From: Geosiphon pyriformis uo1
Lineage: Eukaryota; Fungi; Glomeromycota
NCBI GenBank assembly: GCA_016748015.1
Contig: JAAOMT010000392.1
Location: 48,746 to 75,578, forward strand
DNA length: 26,833 bases
Reading direction: 5' to 3'
Both the position numbers and the translations under genes were made by a program. Of the stretch, positions 12,061 through 22,642 are shown piece after piece. The notes beneath the pieces are model-generated. The model saw only the letters and a program-made list of their open reading frames with translations, was not told the origin of the DNA and made no database searches. Position 1 is the stretch's first letter; each line of letters starts with the position of its first letter.

Positions 12061-12924
12061 TGTTACTCATAAAAAGAAAAACAGATATAGAAAAATAGTA
12101 GACCAGTTAGCATATGAGCACATTGCTCAGCAATATAGAGCAATATCAGAAATTATAGCATATTGCTTAGCAATATGGAGCAATGTTAGAAAATTAGGGC
12201 ACTTTGCTCAACAAATGTAAGCATTGCTCAAGAAATCATAGCACATTGCTCAGGAATGTGAGTGATCTCATAGAACATCAATTATGTATATATAGTGGTA
12301 GCATTAGAAAAAAAAAAGACAGATCTATTAGTTTAGATTTGATTTAAGCAACCTTTTTATCCATAAACATATCAATAAATAATTATTCACCATCTTAATT
12401 TATTTCTTACTATTAATACTTCATGTTGATAGTAATTAATACTTAACCATACTGGAACAATAGCTTTTGATCATAGTTATTAACAAAATACTAAAACTTA
12501 CAATTGCCTTTGCTTATTTTTTTATTTTCTTTTATTTTTTTTTATTTTTTTTGTTATTTTTTTTTACTAATTGATTGAGAATTAAGTGCTAAATTACTGA
12601 CATTAAAGATAACCTGGTAAAAAACCCAGAAATAAGAGTAAAATTACATATATATTAATGGATAGCTTACTAGAAGGGCACAACTGCCAGAATAAATCCA
12701 GCCACCAAGCTGAGAAAAAAATTGGGCAGAATTGCAATTCCAAAAAACCACTACAATCATTACTGAATCTTTGTCTATTATATAAAGAACTCCACAACAA
12801 AACTTTTGGACCAACCAAAACCTTTGGATCACAAAACTTTTAGAAACCAACAGCATTACATTAATTGAGCACCAAGTTACAGAATTGTTATTTGTTTCAA
12901 GACCCCAAATAATTATCTGTAATA
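12061..12924 (+). repeat. 5' LTR of element C (864 bp)
   Basis: TGTTACTCAT...ATCTGTAATA. Has a U3 tandem repeat of about 40 bp, a TATA-like TGTATATATA at about 12285, and a T-rich tract. Matches 21726-22642 and 24389-25232. Confidence 0.93.
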
Positions 12925-12926
12925 TT

Positions 12927-12942
12927 TGGTGCTTCCTGTGAG
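12927..12942 (+). promoter_or_regulatory. Primer-binding site of element C
   Basis: TGGTGCTTCCTGTGAG, 2 nt after the LTR. TGG is complementary to tRNA CCA. The tRNA identity is not resolved. Confidence 0.85.
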
Positions 12943-15260
12943 ATATAATCCTACAGAAAACCAGTACCAACAACAATCATTCAAAAGTGGCAGAATCAGA
13001 AATAATAGGAACAAACTATTTAAGATTTGCTAAATTTTTATTTCAATAATACAGCCAACAATTGGACTTAACCAACAATCATTATTCAGCAGAATTAGCC
13101 TTCAATTTTTATGTCAATAAAAGAATCACAGATTTTTTAGGAAGACCAGTTGACATTGAATCAGTAAGAAAAAATTTCTATATAAAATTAATCTAACACA
13201 CCAGCTTAAAATAAAATTACAGTTTTGCATTAATTATCAGAAAAATTAATCAAGAAATTGAAAGATACACCCAACAACAATTCCCTATTATCTATGCAGA
13301 TAAAGGTAAAAGAAAATTATAAACACCAGCAATAATACCAAAAAGAATACAATTACCAATGTGGAAGAAACAAAGAATTGAATTTTCACTATATTTATCA
13401 TATCATCACACACCTAGAAGTACCATTAATATTACATCAATAGGCACATCCACATTAAATGTGACATCAACATTTGGACAACTTCCATTTCAAAGTAAAC
13501 AAAAAAAAACAGAATTACTAGAAACTCTATGACAATTACTTTAAAGGATTTAAATTGCAATTACCAATACCATCAGGATTCTGATCACTATTATCTCTAC
13601 TAAATTTCGGAACCACAAGTCCTTGGAAGATAATAGCATTAAAAAAAGAAAAAGAAGAGAATCAAAAATTTAATTATAAAAATCCAATTGTAGAAAATCC
13701 AGAAATTGAAACTCTGAATATTTAAACCCAGCAAACTTCGAATAATTCAAACTCTCAGTTAATTAATCAGAAAAACTTATTTCCAGAAATTGTCATCAAT
13801 CAGCAACCAATTAATCCAATTGCTGAACAACTTCAATAGCCACCAATACTACTCCAACAATTACCTCTTTAACCACCACAACAACCAAACTTAAATCTAA
13901 TGGTTTATATTTCAATAGCAAAACTTAAAAAATTCACAAGTAAAAAAGACAATGCCCAAGTGTGACTAAACAATGTTGAAAAAGCCATTACAACTAATAG
14001 ATAGAATAATGTCAAAGCCATACAAGCCATTTCATACTTTTTTCAGGATACTGCCAACTTATGATATCAAAACTTGGCCAACAAATCTCAAGACTTCAAT
14101 GTATTTAAACTTGTATTTCTACAATATTTTAGCAACAATAATAGTATTAATTATCTAGCAAATACCTTTACCACCATCAAACAAGGAGAAAATGAAGCAG
14201 TCACTATCTATCTAAGATACTTCACAGAAATTTGTGCCAAATTCAAGCCATACAGGCTGATTATTTCACAGCACCACAAATTCTAAATCAATTCATTAAA
14301 GGCCTATGTAGTAGTATCCTTCAATGTATATGCCCATTGCACCCAGTAGACTTTTAAGTTACCATTACAAATGCTAAAGATTTTGAAACAGCTGAGCTTG
14401 AAGCTAACTATGTCTAAGCTGTAAATCTAGTAATGAACAAATCATCTAACTTGGATTCCAAATTAAAGCAATTCAGTGAATTTGTTAATCAGAAATTAAA
14501 GGGATACTTAACTAACAACAATCAAGGAATTTATCAACCTTCTCAACAACACAATAATCAAGAAAACTCCAATCATTTTCAAAATTTATTACATCTATCA
14601 TCATTGACCAATCAACAATGGCAACAAGAAATGTGTGTTTGCTACTATTGTGGTAAACAAAAACACTTACAAATTGATTGCCATTATTGATTAAATAACC
14701 AATGATTGGAAAATCAATATTGAAACCCTGATCACTAGTTTCAAATTCTGAATTATCAATCCAATCCAGCACCATATCAACCTAATTACTTACCCATGAC
14801 ACAGCAGCCAATCTATCAACCACCAATTTATTAGTTTCTAGCAATCATAGTTTATTAACAACAGTCATAATCTCTCTATCAGCCACAGTTTCAAGTAATC
14901 TATCAACCCCAAACAATTCCAACACCACCATTAAACTCAACTCAAATGACATTCAGAAATCTCAGATCGAAAACCACCCAAAACTGGAGATCAGTAATGG
15001 TTGTCTACCAACTAATTCTTAGCTCCTTAAACCAGCTCTTGAGATCATGTCAAGGGAGTTCAGAAACCAGATATACCCAAAACCCAAGTTCTCAGAATTA
15101 TTTAAGTCTTCTAGTAACTTCAGAAAATGTCTTATCCAACAATACAGAACTCAACTAAAAACAACTACTTACCAGTAACATACCTTCAGCCACCATCACC
15201 AATGACAAATTACTCACAGCTATCTTTCTATTTGAATTTAAGGAACTAACATTCACACTT
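12942..15260 (+). pseudogene. gag: gag of element C (long N-terminal extension, capsid, CCHC knuckle, Q/P-rich tail)
   Basis: IAKLKKFTSKKDNAQV*LNNVEKA, FTTIKQGENEAVTIYL, ILNQFIKGL and CYYCGKQKHLQIDC (14640-14681). Continues in frame into the protease. Confidence 0.88.
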
Positions 15261-15690
15261 TTGTTCAGTAAAACTGCATTCAAGAAAAAACCAATCACTG
15301 CTATGTACATTGATGCCAAAGTTAATGACCATTCTATTAAGCTTATCTTTGATAATGGGTCAGCAAACAGCATTATTACACAACAACTCATGGACCAATT
15401 AGGTTGCCAAGTTGATCATGCTGCCAGCACCAGAATTATAATCACTGATGAAGTGATCAAAACTCCAATTGGTAAAATAGATGACTTCCCATTTGAAGTC
15501 AATGACATCATAATATTAATTAAGGTATTAATAATAGAAACAACTCAGTACTAAGCTCTCATTGGGAATGACTGGCTGTATAAAACCAATGCTGTGCTTG
15601 ACTGGAACATTCAAGAACTGCAGCTTAGCCAGAACAGCCACTATATATGTATGCCAGTCATTTGTGATTACTTCAAGACCACTATCAATG
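15261..15690 (+). pseudogene. Aspartic protease of element C
   Basis: IKLIFDNGSANSIITQQLMDQLG (decayed DSG) ... LIGNDWL. Confidence 0.9.
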
Positions 15691-15813
15691 ACAAGCCACT
15701 TATTGAATTAGAAAAAAAACCTATCTGGAAAACATACCAAGTTTTCTGGGCCAATATCAAACACAACGAGCTATTACTAGTACTTTCTTGGAATGACAAA
15801 GGAAAAAAAAAAA

Positions 15814-16560
15814 GATGCACCAGAAAAAGATGCTACTACAAAGGAAATAACTAGTGGCTAAGAAAGAGAATACTCATGTGAGCTGATAAAGAAGCCACTA
15901 TATATATCTCTCAAATACAAAGACTGTAAAAAGAAACTCTCCTCTATAGAAACTTGAATAGTCTCTGACAAAGATTATTAAATCAGGACTCACTATTACT
16001 ACAAGCCATGCCATAAGGAATGCTATGGGTACCCAAAAAAACAAAGAAAATAGAACAATGAACTGTATCTCACTTGTGGCGAATGGTTACTTGACAAAGA
16101 AATGTGAAATAACATTTTTGATTAAGGAGAAATGTGTAACACTTCATGTCAATACACAATTCTCATAAGCAACTGAGTCAATTGTGATACTTCTATTACT
16201 GCAGCTTGGCACTGAGCACTGACTTGCTTGGACAGCTACCCACATAATGAAAATGAAATTTGAAGAATGGCAAATACCAAAGTCAAAGAAATCATGTCCA
16301 GTAAAATTCTGTAAATTAAGAATAATTCCCCAAAACTGGTTGATATTGTCCTTATTTCAAACTCAGATGCTTTTCTCAACATAGAGACAAACCCAAAGGA
16401 GTTTTATAAGCACTACCAAAATTTGGCACCAACAAGAGAAGAGCAGGAACAGTGTTTAGAAGAAATAAACACCCAATTATGTGACCACTGTTTGATTTTA
16501 TGTAACTTCCAATATTGTAATGAGTGTGATCTTATTTACAATCTATTATCATGCATGATC
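15814..16560 (+). pseudogene. Cys/Trp-rich insert of about 250 aa in C pol (putative zinc-binding modules)
   Basis: In the RT frame: (C)KDC, (C)KPC, (C)LTC, CNTSC and CDHCLILCNFQYCNEC. Copy A restores two of the mutated cysteines. Confidence 0.65.
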
Positions 16561-16779
16561 TACATGATTCCAGAGAAAGATGAACCAATCAGCAACTGCA
16601 CATTAGAATTGGAATCAACTTTCAATCCCAATTTAAACTCCGACAATAACAACAATAAAAACAATGGTTCTAGCTCTACTTAATATAACAACAATTCAGA
16701 CTCTAATTCAAACCCCAAAACATACATTACGCTGCTTAATCTCACCAAAAAGCAAGAACTTAAATAGTTCAGCAATAAT

Positions 16780-17190
16780 AACAAAAATATTATGTCAGAA
16801 CAAAAGCATAATACTAATGCAGAGTTTGATCAAAGATATTCAGAGAAAAATGCCCTCAAATTGGAACCACATTTACACATTTGCATTGATCTGAAAATAG
16901 CACTGAAAATTCTAACAATAACAATAGTTCAATTAACATCTAGGAGTAGTCTAGCAAAAAAGGAAATTAATATCAGAAAAGAAATAATTGATGCAGGATA
17001 TGTAAGAAATATCATTACAATGCTACAAAATAACTTAGAGAAGACCTACATTATAGAGCCAAACAAAAAAATAGCACAGGCAATATTCCTGCTTCTGGTC
17101 AAAATAGCTCAATTAGTATTAGTGAGAAACAGGGAAGAATTAGGGATTACAGTTAGAAAGATATAGGGTTTTGGATCCATAGATAAAATA
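16780..17190 (+). pseudogene. dUTPase domain of element C pol
   Basis: All five motifs of trimeric dUTPases in order: NAEFDQ, SRSSLA, IIDAGYV, KIAQAIF and RKI*GFGS. Same frame as RT. Confidence 0.93.
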
Positions 17191-17229
17191 GATGTACCAG
17201 TTAATATGGCAGAGAAAAAAATTGTTGAC

Positions 17230-17500
17230 AAGGAAGAAATTATCTCCACTCATCAATTAATTTCTATTCCATTATATAATCAGTACATGGTAGTCATAGA
17301 AAAAAAAGTAAAAGATCAGATTCAGATTTTTGACACAGAAGCAAAACTTTGTGAATTAGAAAAGATTGGATTAGTCAATCTACACATACCAGCCAAAAAC
17401 CACAGACACATTAAAATTCCCATTTATAATAATATGGAAGATATTATTGAGATACCAGAAGGAACCACTATTGGATATTTAACTACCAAAATTGAAAACC
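17230..17500 (+). pseudogene. Second, motif-less dUTPase-like beta domain in C pol
   Basis: ISIP...IKIPIYNNMEDIIEIPEGTTIGYL parallels IITMLQNNLEKTYIIEPNKKIAQAI of the preceding dUTPase. Confidence 0.5.
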
Positions 17501-17719
17501 AACTGCCAAACACCATTTCAGACTTTTCATAACTGTGTAGATATGTAGATATCACATCTCAAATAATATATGAACAGGAAAAATGTTATCTGTTCTAATC
17601 AGAACAATTGGAACAGATGAACTTGGGAAATCTAGATAGACTACAATGTATGCAGCTTAAGATGTTACTCAACAACTTCAATAATATTTTTGCAAGTGAA
17701 AATGAATTTGGCAGAACTG

Positions 17720-18633
17720 ACATAATCCAGCATCAGATCAAAACTGAAGATACAATGCCAATTAAACAAAAAGCATACAGAGTATCACCAGCCAGCCATA
17801 AGATTATTTGTCAAGAAATCAATCAAATACTTAACAATGGGCTAATTTAGCCATCAATAAGTCCATGATTATTATCAGTGGTATTAGTTCATAAGAAAAA
17901 TGGGAAAATTCACTTTTGTGTGGATTACTAGAAACTAAATAGAATAACAAAAGGAAATAGTTACTTAACACCAAAGATCCAAGAGCTGTTTGATGCTTTT
18001 AAAGAGAAAAAATAGTTCTCAACTTTAGATTTAAACAGTGGTTACTGGCAAGTAGCCATAAAACCAGAAGATAAAAAAAAAATGGCTTTTACAACATAAG
18101 AAAGAAATTTTAAATTCAAGGTTATGCCATTTGGCTTGATGAATACTTTAGCCACTTTCCTGTAACTTATGGAAATTGTTTATACTGGACTACTATGAAA
18201 ATCAGTAGTCATATACTTGGATGACACCAATGTGTTCTTAAAAATATTTGATGATCATCTGCATTATCTTTAACAAGTGTTTGAAAGACTCAAACAAACA
18301 GGATTGAAATTAAATACCAACAAATGCTTCTTTGGCAAAACAGAACTCAAGTTATTGGAACATGTTGTAAGCAAAAATAGGATTAAAACAGATTCAGACA
18401 AGATTGAGATTATTAAGAACTTTTTAGTACCAAATAATCTTATGGAATTAAGAGCATTTTTGGAATTTGCTGGATATTACTCCCACTTTATCAAAGACTT
18501 TTCCAAAATAGCTTAACCACTATACTAACTCCAAACAAAGAATACCAAATATAAATAGACAAAAACTCAGCAAAAAGCTTTTAATACATTAAGAAAAAAG
18601 CTTATTCAAGCTCTAATACTAATCTATTCAGAT
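17720..18633 (+). pseudogene. Reverse transcriptase and connection of element C
   Basis: QHQIKT, PIKQKAYR, FCVDY, LDLNSGYWQV, MPFGLMN and YLDD at 18214-18225. Confidence 0.95.
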
Positions 18634-18653
18634 NNNNNNNNNNNNNNNNNNNN
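18634..18653. other. Assembly gap (20 N placeholder) over RNase H of C
   Basis: Comparison with A (about 2880-3190) suggests roughly 310 bp is missing. Confidence 0.95.
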
Positions 18654-18789
18654 ACACTACAAAAAAAGAAAAAAAAAACGGAAATGCCAATGGTTTGTTG
18701 TAAATGAAGCAAATCTAAAAACATTTCAACCCAAAAATATAACAAAAAATAAATATACAAAAATATCAACAACTCTAATATTATATAAA

Positions 18790-20134
18790 TATCCAATTGT
18801 TTAAGGAGAAATTATTTCAAAAAGAACAAAACAACATAAAACAGCAATCAAAATATTTTATCAACCATCAAAATATACTTTACCAGAAAAACAAAAAAAA
18901 TTCAGATCAACCAACCAGAGTAATTACAGAATCAGAAAAAGAGACAATATTATTCAACATGCACTCAGATTCAACAGCAAGATATTTTCACAAAGAAACA
19001 ACTATGGAAAGAACCAAAAAAAGATACTATTGGCTGTCTATGTATTCAGATATTATCCAATATGTTCAAAATTGTAATGCTTGTTAAAGGAAAAGAGGAA
19101 CAAAATCCAATGAACCATTAAGACCAATTAAAATGGGACAACCATTCAACCATATTGAAATTGAATTAGTCAGATCATTAACAATTACCAGCAAAGGCAA
19201 CAGATATATTGTAGTAGCCATAGACTATTTCACAAAATGGCCAGAAGCAAAAGCCATTCAAAAAGCAGATGCAGAATCTATTGCCAAATTTGTTCATTAA
19301 AATTTAATTTGTCAACATAAATGTCCAAAAAAACTATTATCAGATCAAGAAACTCATTTTGTGAATAAAACATTGGCAGAATTAAGTCAAAGATTTGGAA
19401 TAAAAAGATTATTATTATTATTATCATACCATCCACAAACAAATGGGTTAGTTAAAAAGTTCAATAGAATACTGTATAAAGCAATAGCTAAGATCAACCA
19501 AGAAAACCAGAACAAATGAAATTTGTTCATATTATTAGTATTATTTGCTTATAGAACAATGAAGCAAAACAGCACACAAGCAACACCATTTGAATTAGTA
19601 TATAGTAGAACAGCAACATTACCAATTGAGATAGAAGTTAAAACATATCTAATAAAACCAATAACAGAAAAGAATTTTCAAAGAACATTGTTGAAAAAAA
19701 CATATAACTTAATGGAGACACTAGAAAACAAATGGCAAAAAGCAGCTAATAACATCCAAAAGTTACAAGAGAAACAAAAAGAAAGACATAATAACCAACT
19801 GCCAGATAAACCAGTCAAATTCAAGATTGAAGACAAAATACTTCTACATCATACCAAAGCAGAAAAACAATAGAGTAAAAAATTTGACTCCAAATGGGAT
19901 GAACCATTTTACGTAGAAAAAATTCTAGAAAATAGAACTTATAAATTAAGGTTGAATAACAAAATCTTAACCAAAACAGTACATGGAAATCAAATGAAAC
20001 TATATCAAAACATAGTACCAACATTCACCAGTAATATTTCACAACTGGGAACACAGAAAATACTAGTTCAACCAAATAAGATTCCATAAGATCTAGAACC
20101 AATCATAATTATTGAACCAAACACATCAAATTGA
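18790..20134 (+). pseudogene. Integrase of element C (HHCC, DDE core, GPY/F-like tail; no chromodomain)
   Basis: MHSD...YFH...RYYW...CNAC, DYFTKWPEAKAI, LSDQETHF, YHPQTNGLV, KWDEPF and VHGNQMKLY. Stop at 20132-20134. Confidence 0.93.
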
Positions 20135-20328
20135 ACAACCAAAGGAGTATATAAAGACATAGTATACACAACAAAAGCAACAAAAAAAAATAGAAATACC
20201 AGACCATATTTATACTTTAGCTCAACAATTGTTTCAGGCTTTAAGTTAATAGCAAGTAAACATAGAAATTATCATCAACAACTAAACAATTTGTTATTAA
20301 AACACCAAACAAAAAAGAAAAAGTACAC

Positions 20329-21210
20329 TGTTACAGGATGGTTTTCTTGTTATATTTAATTGCTGATATCCCGTTTTAATTGCAATCAGTCTTTTGTGAG
20401 TTCCTCAATTCTATTTGTGTGATAATGTCATTGTTATACTGAAGGCTTTCTTTTTACTGTTGTGATGTAAGTTATTCTTCAATTCTTGATTGTTGTGTGT
20501 GTTTATGTACTCCTTCTCAGAGACTGAACTGAAATCTACCCACTGTTTGGGATCTTCTCTGAGGCTATTTTTGCAATTGCCTAATGTGTTTCTCTAATCT
20601 AGAAACACAGAATGTTAATGGTCTTTAGTGCTTTTCTAATTCTTACAATAAAGCTTTTATCAATTAATAACAACGTGAATAATCTTGATCAAGAATTATT
20701 TTTCTAAGAGATTCAGTTGATGAATGATAGTTTCATTCAATAAATAATACAAGTAAGTTTCTTAATACTTTGGGTTGTGATAGTTCAGTTTTAAATATTC
20801 TTTTTCATTTCTTTTTGATTTTTAAAGGTTTCTTGGAATATTTAATTTGAAAATATGATTTAAAGTGGAGTTTGTTGGATAAAATTGGATCTATTGCTTG
20901 ATAAGTTATGATTTTTTTTTATTACTTGATTGATTATTTTCCAATATTAAAACTACTGTATATATACATGTTTGTAGTTCTATGAGAAAACACATTGTAA
21001 TACTTTCTTTTTTGATATTTCAACCTGGTGTTTGCTGCTATTACCAGTTGGTGTTGGCTGCTATTGTGAACTGGTGCTTGCCACTATTGTGAGATGGTGT
21101 TTGCTACTATGTTAATCATTACCTTTCTAAGATTATTACTGTGCTATATTATGATTGAATAGTTTGTATTATTTTTATGATTCTTTTTGCTAAATTCTTA
21201 AACCATAACA
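20329..21210 (-). mobile_element. Element E: solo LTR of a third family (882 bp), inverted
   Basis: Termini TGTTA...TAACA, flanked by ACAC at 20325-20328 and 21211-21214. On the minus strand a 23-bp tandem array precedes a TGTATATATA box, as in the other LTRs. Confidence 0.88.
21026..21111. repeat. 23-bp tandem array (about 3.8 copies) in solo LTR E
   Basis: Units start with TGGTG at 21026, 21049, 21072 and 21095. Confidence 0.85.
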
Positions 21211-21709
21211 ACACCATACCAATGATCACAGAAACAATTAACAAACTGGTCAAATAAAATAGTAGAAAAAGTAAAAAACACTTTTGGAAAGATAACCACC
21301 ATGGTTCTAACAAAAGAACTGGTAAAAAAAAATTGGAACAAATGGATAAACCAATTTCCAATATCATACTGCTACTATTAACTGAGATGGAAAGTAGATA
21401 TTCAGAAATTATATTTTGATAAATCCAAGAGAATCTTTAATTAAGAGATAATTCAGAATATTGAAAACATTATTGAAAAGAAAACAAACTTGACACTACA
21501 CATCAAGACCATTTATCAACTATATATTATATTTCAAAACTACCCAGAAGTATTGCTACACTTTGACATAGAAACAATAATTATCAACCAATAAAAAAAA
21601 ATAAACAACTCACAAGTTGAAGAAATAAAGAGTAGAGTAAAACAAACACTACTTGAAAAAAAAGTATTTAACATAATTCAAAATAAAGATTTCAATGGAG
21701 CTCAATATT

Positions 21710-21725
21710 AAAAAGGAAGAAATAA
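21710..21725 (+). promoter_or_regulatory. Polypurine tract of element C
   Basis: AAAAAGGAAGAAATAA directly before TGTTATTCAT. Confidence 0.8.
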
Positions 21726-22642
21726 TGTTATTCATAAAAAAAAACAGATATAGAAAATAATAGACCAATAAAGGAGTAGTAGTTAGCATGTAAGCACATT
21801 GCTTAGCAATGTAAAACAATATTAAAAATCATGGCATATTGCTCAGCAATATGAAGCAATATTAGAAATTACAGCATATTGCTTAGCAATATGAAGCAAT
21901 GTTAAAAAATTAGGACACATTGTTTAGCAATATGAGTATTGCTTAAAAAATCATAGCACATTACTTGAAAATATAAGCAATCTTGTAGAACATCAATTAT
22001 GTATATATAATGGTAGCATTAAAAGAAAAAAAAACAGACCTCTCTGTTTAGATTTAATCTAAGCAACTTTCCATTCACAAATATTAATAAATAATTATTC
22101 ACTATCTCAATTTACTCTCTGCTATCAATATTTTATGTTGATAGTAATTGATATTTAACTATACTAAAACAATAGCTCTTGATTATGGCTATTGATGGAA
22201 TACTAACTTATAATTGCCTTGGCTTATTTTTTTATCTTTTTTTATTTTTTATTTTATTTTCTTTTGTTATTTCTTTTGGTTTTAATAATTGATTGAAGAT
22301 TAAGCACTGAATTATTGATGTCAAAGATAGTCTGGTAAAAGACCCAGAAATAAAGATAGAATTACATATATATTAATGAATAGCTTACTAAAAGAGCACA
22401 ACTGCTAGAATAAATCTGGCTGCCGAGCTGAGAAAAAAATTGGGCAGAATTGCAATTTCAGAAACTACTACAATTACTATTGAATCTCTGTCTATTATAC
22501 AAAGAACTCCATAATAAAACTTTTAGATCAACCAAAATTCTCAAATCACAAAAATCTTCAAAAATCGACATTATTATATCAACTGAACACCAAGTTATAG
22601 ATTTGTTATTTGCTTTGAGATCTCAAATAATCATCTGTAATA
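21726..22642 (+). repeat. 3' LTR of element C (917 bp)
   Basis: Matches 12061-12924 with one extra U3 repeat unit of about 40 bp. Ends ATCTGTAATA. Confidence 0.93.

Larger units (their letters stand above)
20190..21711 (+). pseudogene. ORF3 of element C (about 211 codons; 20190-20328 joined to 21215-21711), split by solo LTR E
   Basis: Removing E and one ACAC copy restores a single 636-nt frame, from (ATA for ATG)EIPDHIYTLAQQLF to QNKDFNGAQY*, broken only by stops. Confidence 0.7.
12061..22642 (+). mobile_element. Element C: near-complete Ty3/Gypsy retrotransposon, family 1 (dUTPase-bearing), located within the B 3' LTR
   Basis: LTRs at 12061-12924 and 21726-22642, PBS, PPT, gag-pol and ORF3. 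RNase H is mostly hidden in an N gap. No TSD (GCAC versus CTGG). Confidence 0.92.

Noticed and set aside
12118-12262. Palindromic spaced repeats resembling a CRISPR array
   Set aside because: The intervening sequences are themselves repeated, the array is within LTRs, and there are no cas genes.
12516-12586. T-rich tract followed by TACTAAT...AG as a possible intron 3' end in the LTR
   Set aside because: No convincing donor site, and such motifs arise easily in AT-rich decayed DNA. It needs transcript data.
15801-15813. Possible programmed frameshift after the C protease
   Set aside because: It is a +1 shift in a G>A-generated poly-A run, most simply a homopolymer indel.
18634-18653. Apparent loss of RNase H in element C
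   Set aside because: Coincides with an N placeholder, and sister copy A has the domain.
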